Shown: one piece after another, positions 1-7,199 of the stretch | Numbering within the stretch: position 1 is the first letter of the stretch | Layout of the letters: each line of letters begins with the position of its first letter | Source of the DNA: Candidatus Omnitrophota bacterium | GTDB taxonomy: Bacteria > Omnitrophota > Gorgyraeia > Gygaellales > Profunditerraquicolaceae | Reading direction: 5' to 3' | DNA length: 50,704 nucleotides | Assembly: GCA_030693145.1 (NCBI GenBank) | Contig: JAUYBI010000021.1 | Span: forward strand, 1-50,704 | Position numbers and translations under genes: made by a program | The notes under the pieces: generated by a model | What the model saw: the letters and a program-made list of their open reading frames with translations, nothing else | The model's database searches: none | What the model was told of the DNA's origin: nothing

Positions 1-37
1 CCTGTTGATCGGTAAATCTTTTGTGTAATTGTGCCAT
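1..37 (-). CDS. N-terminal 12 codons (MAQLHKRFTDQQ...) of a gene that runs off the left edge; function not assignable
   Basis: Minus-strand ATG at 37-35 with AAGGAGG 9 nt upstream; frame is open to the window edge. Confidence 0.35.
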   Translation of the reverse strand, partial: MAQLHKRFTDQQ

Positions 38-72
38 ACTTGTAAACCTCCTTTTTCTTACAAGTATGGCAC
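31..72. promoter_or_regulatory. 15-bp perfect inverted repeat (GTGCCATACTTGTAA / TTACAAGTATGGCAC) enclosing the SD and start codon of the edge gene
   Basis: Arms at 31-45 and 58-72; the 12-nt loop carries the complement of AGGAGG; the ATG lies inside arm 1. Confidence 0.6.
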
Positions 73-74
73 AA

Positions 75-128
75 AAAACAGTGCACTTTTAAATTGTAAC
101 TCCCTTTAAAAACAGTGCACTTTTAATT
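75..128. promoter_or_regulatory. Two copies of the ~21-nt motif AAAACAGTGCACTTTTAA(A)TT, each centred on the palindrome AGTGCACT; candidate operator pair
   Basis: AGTGCACT at 80-87 and 114-121, 34 bp apart, upstream of the minus-strand edge gene. Confidence 0.45.
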
Positions 129-137
129 TGGAGATGA

Positions 138-530
138 CACCTGCATAAAAAAAACAAGCTTACCAAGAAAGAATATGATATAATAAAAAAACACCCGCAA
201 ATCGGGGCTGAAATCATACGGACGGTGCATTTTTTAAACGAAGTAGTGCCGATTGTCCTTTATCATCATGAAAGATACGACGGGCTGGGGTATTCCGCGG
301 GATTAAAAGGCAAAGAAATACCTTTAGGGGCCAGGATTATCGCGGTAGCAGACGTCTACCAGGCGTTGATTTCAGACAGGCCCTACCGGAAAGCCTATAG
401 CAAAAAAGACGCCTTAGAAATCATTAAAGAAAGCACGGGGACGCATCTGGATCCGGATGTGGTAAAAGTATTCCTGGCAAACTTAGGATCGGAAAAATCG
501 GGCGCAAAAAAATATGTCAAAAAAAGCTAA
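138..530 (+). pseudogene. 5'-truncated HD-GYP-type phosphohydrolase remnant (...KLTKKEYDIIKKHPQIGAEII...HHERYDGLGYS...)
   Basis: Frame is open only from the TGA at 135-137; no ATG before the GTG at 225; the upstream H..HD metal-binding part of the domain is absent; GYS replaces GYP. Confidence 0.55.
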
Positions 531-876
531 AATTGTAATCGCAGATGATGATGCGGGCATCCGGGCAACCTTAACGGATATACTCACAGAAAGAAAATAT
601 GTGGTTGATGCGGTCGAAGACGGCTATGAACTGCTCGCTAATTTAAAAAAGAAATCTCCCCAGATTGTCATTTTGGATTTAATGATGCCGGAGAAGGATG
701 GTATTGAAGTTCTTTCTACGATAAGAAGTATCTCTCCGAATACGAAAATAATAATTTATACGGGCTTTAAAAAATACGAAAATTCAATTTACTCCCGTTC
801 CGCGGATAGATTCCTGTTAAAAGGGGAATCTCCTGAAAAACTGCTTCAAACCATAGAAGAATTATTGGAAAAATAA
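514..876 (+). CDS. Stand-alone response regulator receiver (CheY-like) domain protein
   Basis: IVIADDD...ILDLMMPEKDG...K motifs; 120 aa; start overlaps the end of the HD-GYP frame. Confidence 0.85.
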   Translation: MSKKAKIVIADDDAGIRATLTDILTERKYVVDAVEDGYELLANLKKKSPQIVILDLMMPEKDGIEVLSTIRSISPNTKIIIYTGFKKYENSIYSRSADRFLLKGESPEKLLQTIEELLEK

Positions 877-921
877 CATTTCCCCAGCTAAACCCATTTC
901 TGCCTGCTTGCTCTAGAACGG

Positions 922-1058
922 ACATTTATAATAAACCCTGCGGACTTTTATCAATTACAGTAGGGGAGGTTTATCTACCTGCCGGTAGGCAGGAACCTCC
1001 CCTACTGTTGAGAGTAGGGTTTATTAACAATAGTAGGGTGGGTTTAAACCCACCCTAC
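922..1058. repeat. Composite REP-like element: conserved leader, A-type palindrome (CAGTAGGGGAGGTT..AACCTCCCCTACTG with an inserted inner hairpin) and B-type palindrome (GTAGGGTGGGTTTAAACCCACCCTAC)
   Basis: Leader 922-960 is near-identical to 37046-37080; palindrome arms at 957-972/994-1008 and 1033-1058. Confidence 0.85.
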
Positions 1059-1068
1059 GGAAAGTCGG

Positions 1069-1105
1069 CAACGTTCTTGACAACGTTCTTGACAACGTAA
1101 ACGTT
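1069..1105. repeat. Tandem 12-mer CAACGTTCTTGA x2 plus a partial third copy (AACGTT palindromes; each junction creates TTGACA)
   Basis: Copies at 1069-1080 and 1081-1092, then CAACGTAAACGTT. Confidence 0.8.
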
Positions 1106-1110
1106 TTCTT

Positions 1111-1139
1111 TTGACACAACCCCAAATATACTATATAAT
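1111..1139 (+). promoter_or_regulatory. Consensus sigma70-type promoter TTGACA-17 nt-TATAAT for lysS
   Basis: -35 at 1111-1116 and -10 at 1134-1139; lysS ATG at 1149; no SD in between. Confidence 0.6.
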
Positions 1140-1148
1140 TACTGAACT

Positions 1149-2603
1149 ATGGATATCCATGAGATTATACAACAGAGAACGGCTAAGCTGGAAGCACTGG
1201 GAAGCAAAAACGTGGTTTTGTATCCGGCAAATGTGCCTGCGCACATCACGATCACGCAGGCTTTGAGCAGTTTCCAGGAAGGTAAACAAGTTACTCTCTG
1301 CGGCAGGGTTATGGCTAATCGGGCGCACGGTAAAGTCAATTTTATGGATCTTCGGGATACCACCGGTAAGATCCAGCTTTATATTAAGCGGGATATTGTG
1401 GGCCAAGAGAAGGCGGCATTGCTTGAACAATTGGATATCGCCGATATTCTAAGCGTTAGCGGTGAGCTTTTTATGACGCATACGCAAGAATTTACAGTCA
1501 AGGTCCAGGATTTTACGATACTGGCTAAGGCTTTACGGCCTCTGCCTGAGAAATGGCATGGCCTAAAGGATGTCGAGCTGCGTTATCGGCAGCGCTATCT
1601 GGATTTACTTTCCAACGAAGATGTAAAAAAAGTGTTTTTATTACGCGCAAAAATTATTCAGGCGATTCGGAGCTTCTTAGACGCCAGGGGATTTTTGGAA
1701 GTGGAAACTCCCATGATGCATGATATCGCCGGGGGCGCGGCAGGCAGGCCTTTTAAGACCTTTCATAATGAATATAGCATGGATTTATATTTAAGGATTG
1801 CCCCGGAGCTCTACTTAAAACGCCTCCTGGTAGGCGGCCTTGACCGGGTCTATGAGATTAATCGTTCTTTCCGCAATGAAGGCGTATCCACCCGGCACAA
1901 TCCGGAGTTTACCATGTTGGAAGTTTATCAGGCTTATGCCGGCTATGAAGACATGGTTAATTTAACACAGGATTTAATTTGTTATCTCGCCAGGGAAGTC
2001 TTAGGCAAAGAGGAGTTGTTTTATCAGGGCAAGGTTATTGATCTTAAAACTCCTTGGAATAGACAATCATTTGCCGGATTGGTAAAAGATAAGTTTGGCA
2101 TAGAGCCGCAGGATGATCCAGCGGTGATGTTGGATAAATTGCAGGCTAAAGGATTGGCGAAGGATAAAAACCGCTTGAGCCGTTCTCAAATAAATAAGAT
2201 TGTGGAAGATGCGCTCCAGCAAGGCCTGCAGGTTAATCCGGTATTCATTACGGATTATTTTACCAGTCTTTGCCCTTTAGCCAAGGCTAAAAAAGATAAT
2301 CCTTTGATTTCTGAGAGGTTTGAACTTTATCTGGCAGGAATGGAAATTGCCAATGCCTATTCTGAGTTAAATGATCCCCTGGAACAACGCCGGCGTTTCC
2401 AGGAAGAGATCAGGGGCCTTAATGCCGAGGAAAAGAAGAACGTGGATGAAGAGTACCTCCTGGCTTTAGAGCATGGTATGCCTCCGGCCGGAGGATTGGG
2501 TATCGGTATTGACCGGCTGGTGATGCTGCTTACCGACCAGCCATCAATCAGGGACGTAATTTTATTTCCTCTCCTGCGCGCGCAAGCGGAAGATAAGGCG
2601 TAA
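1149..2603 (+). CDS. lysS: Lysyl-tRNA synthetase, class II
   Basis: 484 aa; OB-fold N-terminus and class II motifs (FRNEG, GGLGIGIDRLVM). Confidence 0.95.
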   Translation: MDIHEIIQQRTAKLEALGSKNVVLYPANVPAHITITQALSSFQEGKQVTLCGRVMANRAHGKVNFMDLRDTTGKIQLYIKRDIVGQEKAALLEQLDIADILSVSGELFMTHTQEFTVKVQDFTILAKALRPLPEKWHGLKDVELRYRQRYLDLLSNEDVKKVFLLRAKIIQAIRSFLDARGFLEVETPMMHDIAGGAAGRPFKTFHNEYSMDLYLRIAPELYLKRLLVGGLDRVYEINRSFRNEGVSTRHNPEFTMLEVYQAYAGYEDMVNLTQDLICYLAREVLGKEELFYQGKVIDLKTPWNRQSFAGLVKDKFGIEPQDDPAVMLDKLQAKGLAKDKNRLSRSQINKIVEDALQQGLQVNPVFITDYFTSLCPLAKAKKDNPLISERFELYLAGMEIANAYSELNDPLEQRRRFQEEIRGLNAEEKKNVDEEYLLALEHGMPPAGGLGIGIDRLVMLLTDQPSIRDVILFPLLRAQAEDKA

Positions 2604-2604
2604 G

Positions 2605-3816
2605 ATGTTTTCAGAATTATGGCTTAGCCAGAGATATCTGCGGGCAGGTAAAAAAGAAAAAATTATTTCGATTACGGCGTTAATCTCTATCGTCGGGATT
2701 GCGATTGGGGTAATGGTCTTAATCGTGGTGATTTCGGTGATGAGCGGGTTTGACCGGTTCCTCCAGGAGAAGATGGTCGGGACGAATGCTCATCTGTCGC
2801 TGGAGTTTGATAACGGCGCTAAGGATTCAGCCGGGGTAATTAACAAATTAAAAACTTTTCCGTATGTTCAGGGCGCGTCTCCTTTTATTGATGGCCAGGC
2901 TCTGGTTAAGGCCGGCAAATCGATTTTTGGAGTCCAGGTGCGCGGTATCGACCCCAAACTGCAAACAGAAACATCTAAGATTAATGAATATTTAAAATTA
3001 GGGAGTTATTTTCTGGCGGGTAATGAGGTGGCTTTAGGCAGTGAACTTGCTTTGCGCCTGGGCCTGGAGGTAGGGGGTGTTTTGAGCCTGATTTCCCCGG
3101 TTACTTTAGCTAAAACTGATTTTTATGTTAAAGGAATTTTTAATAGCGGAATGTACCTGTATGATTCCAGCTTAGTCTTAACGAGTATTCAGGGAGCGCA
3201 GGATTTTTACAAAATGCCCGGCGTAGTCAGCGGTATTTCCGTTTCAGTCCGGGATGTTTATAAAGTCGAAAATATCAAGGAGAAATTATACCGGGACTTA
3301 TCGGGTTTTGGCTCTTACCAGGTACGTACCTGGATAGATGCGAATAGGAATTTTCTCGAAGCTTTAAAACTTGAGAAGATTGTTATGTTTATCGTGGTGA
3401 CCATGACCACGGTGGTGGCGGCATTCGGTATCGTGAGCACTTTAATTATGTCGGTAATGAGCCGGATTAAGGATATCGGTATCTTACGTTCTGTGGGGGC
3501 CAAGACCAAGAGCATCTTGCAGATTTTTATTTTTCAAGGGATGGCTATTGGCATTACCGGTATTTTTCTGGGCCTGGCTGCCGGGGTCAGCCTGGCGTTC
3601 TCATTAGATAAGGTGGTAGAAATTATCTCTAAGCTTATCGGCAGAAGCCTGATTCCAAAAGATATTTATTATTTTGACCGTATTCCGGTGAATATTAATA
3701 TGAGTGACGTAACCTTAATCGTAATTTCTGCTTTGGTGATAACTTTAGCGGCCAGTATTTACCCGGCATATTATGCCAGCCGCATCATTCCGAGTGAGGC
3801 GGTCAGGCATGAGTAA
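2605..3816 (+). CDS. LolC/LolE-family lipoprotein-releasing ABC permease (FtsX/MacB-type)
   Basis: 403 aa; N-terminal TM, periplasmic domain, C-terminal FtsX-like TM bundle; followed by a LolD-like ATPase. Confidence 0.85.
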   Translation: MFSELWLSQRYLRAGKKEKIISITALISIVGIAIGVMVLIVVISVMSGFDRFLQEKMVGTNAHLSLEFDNGAKDSAGVINKLKTFPYVQGASPFIDGQALVKAGKSIFGVQVRGIDPKLQTETSKINEYLKLGSYFLAGNEVALGSELALRLGLEVGGVLSLISPVTLAKTDFYVKGIFNSGMYLYDSSLVLTSIQGAQDFYKMPGVVSGISVSVRDVYKVENIKEKLYRDLSGFGSYQVRTWIDANRNFLEALKLEKIVMFIVVTMTTVVAAFGIVSTLIMSVMSRIKDIGILRSVGAKTKSILQIFIFQGMAIGITGIFLGLAAGVSLAFSLDKVVEIISKLIGRSLIPKDIYYFDRIPVNINMSDVTLIVISALVITLAASIYPAYYASRIIPSEAVRHE

Positions 3817-4489
3817 TCCGATAGTCAAAGCCAGCGCGATTGGTAAAAGTTACCGTGATAATTCCAGTAACCTGGAAGTATTAAAAGATATAAATTTTAC
3901 CGTTGCCCAGGGTGAATTTTTAGTGATTCAAGGCCCTTCGGGAGCAGGCAAATCCACGCTCCTGCATATTTTAGGGGGCCTGGATAATCCTACAAGCGGC
4001 GCAGTTTATTTTCAAGGGACGGATATCTATACTTTAGACGAAAATGCCCGGAGCGCTTTTCGTAATCAACAGGTAGGTTTTGTTTTTCAGTTTTTCCATC
4101 TTTTGCCGGAATTAAATGCCCTGGAAAATGTTTTATTACCGGGAATCTTGAAATCCTGGTGGGAAAGAAAAAAAAGTTTAGGGGCGGCGCTTGAGCTTTT
4201 AGAAAGATTGGGATTATCCGGAAGGCTTAAACACCGGCCAAGCGCTTTAAGCGGAGGAGAACAGCAAAGGGTGGCACTTGCCCGGGCATTGATTAATCAT
4301 CCGCAGCTTTTGCTCTGCGATGAGCCGACAGGAAATCTGGATTCGGAAAACGGCAAAAAGATTTTGCAGCTTTTAATTGAGCTTAATCAGAGCCGGAAGG
4401 TTACGATTATCATGGTTACTCATGATAAAGAGATTGCAATTGGGGCAAGCAGGGTCATGCATTTGAAAGACGGAGCCATTTTACATTAG
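3809..4489 (+). CDS. lolD: LolD-like ABC transporter ATP-binding protein
   Basis: Walker A GPSGAGKST, signature LSGGEQQR, Walker B LLLCDEPT; start moved to the ATG at 3809 (MSNPIVK), overlapping the permease stop. Confidence 0.85.
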   Translation: MSNPIVKASAIGKSYRDNSSNLEVLKDINFTVAQGEFLVIQGPSGAGKSTLLHILGGLDNPTSGAVYFQGTDIYTLDENARSAFRNQQVGFVFQFFHLLPELNALENVLLPGILKSWWERKKSLGAALELLERLGLSGRLKHRPSALSGGEQQRVALARALINHPQLLLCDEPTGNLDSENGKKILQLLIELNQSRKVTIIMVTHDKEIAIGASRVMHLKDGAILH

Positions 4490-4493
4490 TTCC

Positions 4494-4569
4494 TGTCATT
4501 GCGAGCCACGTAGTGGCGAAGCAATCTTGATCTGGATTGCTTCGTCGCCTACGGCTCCTCGCAATGACA
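4494..4569. repeat. 76-nt imperfect palindrome (TGTCATTGCGAG...GAAGCAATC / GATTGCTTC...CTCGCAATGACA); probable stem-loop or terminator after lolD
   Basis: 12-bp outer arms and 9-13-bp inner arms read directly; internal GTAG/CTAC. Confidence 0.7.
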
Positions 4570-4591
4570 CCTTATATGAGAGGAGAAATTA

Positions 4592-5461
4592 ATGAAGATT
4601 TATATTAACGGAAAATTTTATGATAAGGATAATGCTAAAATTTCTGTTTTTGACCATGGCCTGCTTTATGGGGACGGGGTTTTTGAAGGGATCCGTTCCT
4701 ATAATTGCCGCGTGTTTAAATTGCAGGAACATATTGACCGGCTTTTTGAATCTGCCCAGAGTATTATGTTAAAGATCCCTTTGTCCAAAGAGCAGCTGAT
4801 TAAGGCGGTTATTTCGACGCTGAAGGTGAATAAATTAGACAATGCTTATATCCGCCTGGTGGTTACCCGCGGAGAAGGCGACCTGGGCCTTGATCCGCGT
4901 AAATGTAATCAGGGCTCGACAATTATTATTATCGCTGATAAAATTGCTTTGTATCCGCAGAAGCTTTATCATGAAGGATTAACGATTGTTACCGTGCCTA
5001 CGGTGCGTAATTTACCGGAAGCGCTTAATCCTCAGATCAAGTCTTTAAATTATTTAAATAATATTCTGGCTAAAATTGAGGCAGCCAATGCCGGCTGCGA
5101 TGAAGCAATCATGCTGGATTCTTTAGGGTATGTGGCGGAGTGCACCGGAGATAATATTTTTGTGGTAAAAAATGGGCATCTTTATACTCCTCCGCAGTGC
5201 ATGGGGACCTTACGCGGGATTACCCGCGATTCCATTTTAGAGATTGCCCGAAAGCATAAGCTTCCGGCGCACGAACATGTAATTACGCGCCATGAAGTTT
5301 ACATTTCGGATGAGTGTTTTCTTACCGGCACCGCCGCCGAGGTTATCCCCGTAGTCAAGGTGGATGGCCGGGTTATTGGCCAGGGAAAACCGGGAAAAAT
5401 TACCTTGAGCCTGATGCAGAAGTTTAAAGAGCTCACTGCGAAAAATGGAGTAAAATACTAA
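4592..5461 (+). CDS. ilvE: Branched-chain amino acid aminotransferase (class IV PLP enzyme)
   Basis: 289 aa; GDGVFEGIRSY and class IV fold motifs; SD GAGGAG upstream. Confidence 0.8.
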   Translation: MKIYINGKFYDKDNAKISVFDHGLLYGDGVFEGIRSYNCRVFKLQEHIDRLFESAQSIMLKIPLSKEQLIKAVISTLKVNKLDNAYIRLVVTRGEGDLGLDPRKCNQGSTIIIIADKIALYPQKLYHEGLTIVTVPTVRNLPEALNPQIKSLNYLNNILAKIEAANAGCDEAIMLDSLGYVAECTGDNIFVVKNGHLYTPPQCMGTLRGITRDSILEIARKHKLPAHEHVITRHEVYISDECFLTGTAAEVIPVVKVDGRVIGQGKPGKITLSLMQKFKELTAKNGVKY

Positions 5462-5976
5462 TGCTTTGCGATGTTTGCGGTAAAAATCCGGCCACCGTGC
5501 ATTTGACTGAGATCATTGATGAGCAGATGAATGAACTGCATTTATGTGAAGACTGCGCCAGGCATAAAAGCGCGGCCATGGAACAGCAGTTTGGTTTAAG
5601 TGACCTGTTGGCGGGTATGGCGGATTTCGAGAAGCCTTCCAGTAAAGAAGAAGAGATGGTTACGATGAAATGCCATAGCTGCGGCTTGACCTACGCGGAT
5701 TTTAAGAAGATTGGCCGGCTGGGTTGTGGGGAGTGTTACAATGTTTTTCGCAGATACCTGGCCCCTTTGTTAAAACGTATACACGGCTCAAATCAGCATA
5801 TTGGTAAAAATCCGGCTAAGACAAAAGTTATTACTAAGCTTTATAAAAAGAAAGCCGGCTTGGAAGAATTAAAAAACCAATTGCAAAAAGCCATTCGCCA
5901 AGAGGCTTTTGAAGAGGCGGCGCGCCTGCGCGATCAGATCAAAGAAATGGAAGGCAAGAAGGAAAAAGAAGAATAA
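5461..5976 (+). CDS. mcsA: McsA-like protein-arginine kinase activator (zinc-finger plus UVR domain)
   Basis: CxxC pairs (CDVCG...CEDC; CHSCG...CGEC) and a C-terminal UVR motif (EAFEEAARLRDQI). Confidence 0.85.
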   Translation: MLCDVCGKNPATVHLTEIIDEQMNELHLCEDCARHKSAAMEQQFGLSDLLAGMADFEKPSSKEEEMVTMKCHSCGLTYADFKKIGRLGCGECYNVFRRYLAPLLKRIHGSNQHIGKNPAKTKVITKLYKKKAGLEELKNQLQKAIRQEAFEEAARLRDQIKEMEGKKEKEE

Positions 5977-5980
5977 TAAT

Positions 5981-7033
5981 ATGCAAATTAATGATTTAAT
6001 CAATCATACTAGCGAATGGCTTAAGGGGACAGGGCCGCATTCGGATGTGGTTATCTCCAGTAGAATACGCCTGGCCAGGAATCTCAATAAATTTCCTTTT
6101 CCGCATTGGGCATCTAAGGCGCAGTTAAATGCGATTATGGAAAAGATCAGCCAGGCAATAGAAAAAGTCCCGCTGCTTAAGAACTCCACGCTTTTTGTCC
6201 TGGCAAATTTAGACAGTATCGATAAGCAGTTTTTAGTGGAAAGACATCTGATGTCTATTGAGCATACTCAGAAGACAGAGCAGAAAGCGGTATTGGTTAA
6301 TGATGAAGAAAATATCGCCGTAATGATCAATGAAGAGGATCATTTACGGATTCAACTTATGCAGTCGGGTTTTAATCTTTTCGAGGCCTGGGAGATTATT
6401 AATGGTATTGATGATGCTTTAGCTAATTTTCTGGATTATGCGTATCTGGCGGATTTCGGTTATCTTACGGCTTGCCCGACGAACATCGGCACGGGTATGC
6501 GCGGGAGCGTGATGCTGCATTTACCGGCGTTGGTGATGAGCCGGCAGATCGAGCGGGTATTGGCCGCCATCGCCAAATTGAGTTTTACCACGCGCGGCCT
6601 TTACGGAGAAGGAACACAGGCCAGCGGTAATTTTTTTCAGATTTCTAATCAGGTTTCTTTAGGCCACAGCGAAACTGAGATTATCGAAAATATTAATGGC
6701 CTAATCCGGCAGATTATTGAACAGGAGACGCAGGCCAGGGAGATTATGCTGGCTAAAAGCAAAGAGATCCTGGAGGACAGGATTAATCGTTCCCTGGGTA
6801 TTTTAAAAAGCGCCCGGATTATTACCAGCCAGGAGACGATTGAATTGTTGTCCATGGTGAGATTAGGAAGTGATCTGGGCATGGTCAAAGATATCGACCG
6901 GCGCACGATTAATGAACTTTTTATCATTACTCAACCGGCGCATTTGCAGAAGCTGGAGAATGTAAAACTTTCATCAGATCAGCGGGATTTAAAAAGGGCG
7001 GAGTTGATTCGTAAGAAATTAAGTTTATTATAG
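5981..7033 (+). CDS. mcsB: Protein-arginine kinase McsB (ATP:guanido phosphotransferase family)
   Basis: Phosphagen-kinase core (CPTNIGTGMR; NEEDHLRIQ); start placed at the ATG at 5981 (MQINDL). Confidence 0.9.
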   Translation: MQINDLINHTSEWLKGTGPHSDVVISSRIRLARNLNKFPFPHWASKAQLNAIMEKISQAIEKVPLLKNSTLFVLANLDSIDKQFLVERHLMSIEHTQKTEQKAVLVNDEENIAVMINEEDHLRIQLMQSGFNLFEAWEIINGIDDALANFLDYAYLADFGYLTACPTNIGTGMRGSVMLHLPALVMSRQIERVLAAIAKLSFTTRGLYGEGTQASGNFFQISNQVSLGHSETEIIENINGLIRQIIEQETQAREIMLAKSKEILEDRINRSLGILKSARIITSQETIELLSMVRLGSDLGMVKDIDRRTINELFIITQPAHLQKLENVKLSSDQRDLKRAELIRKKLSLL

Positions 7034-7077
7034 GGATGCATTATTTAGACATTACAATAAACTCTGTTGATTTTTAT

Positions 7078-7154
7078 TAATTATCAATTACAGTAGGGTG
7101 GGTTTAAACCCACCCTACTGTTTAAAGGGTTTAAACCCACCCTACTGTTTAAAG
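7078..7154. repeat. REP-like B-type palindrome followed by a tandem duplication of its 3' arm (27-mer GGTTTAAACCCACCCTACTGTTTAAAG x2)
   Basis: Copies at 7101-7127 and 7128-7154; left arm CAGTAGGGTGGGTTT at 7091-7105; leader TATCAATTA shared with the other loci. Confidence 0.9.
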
Positions 7155-7199
7155 TCAGCAAGGTTTGTTACATTGTCGTTATCTAGGAGGAGAAAAAAC

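Noticed and set aside
1060-1148. T-box or other aaRS leader upstream of lysS (also checked for cysS and metG)
   Set aside because: The leaders are absent or only a few nt long: lysS sits 9 nt after its -10, the cysS spacer is 11 nt, and metG overlaps ricT.
7098-7199. N-terminal extension of ClpC in the ORF track (MGLNPPYCLKGLNPPYCLK...)
   Set aside because: It is a translation of the tandem palindromic repeat. A strong AGGAGG SD and the canonical ClpC N-terminus ([11 protein letters not shown]) begin at 7200.
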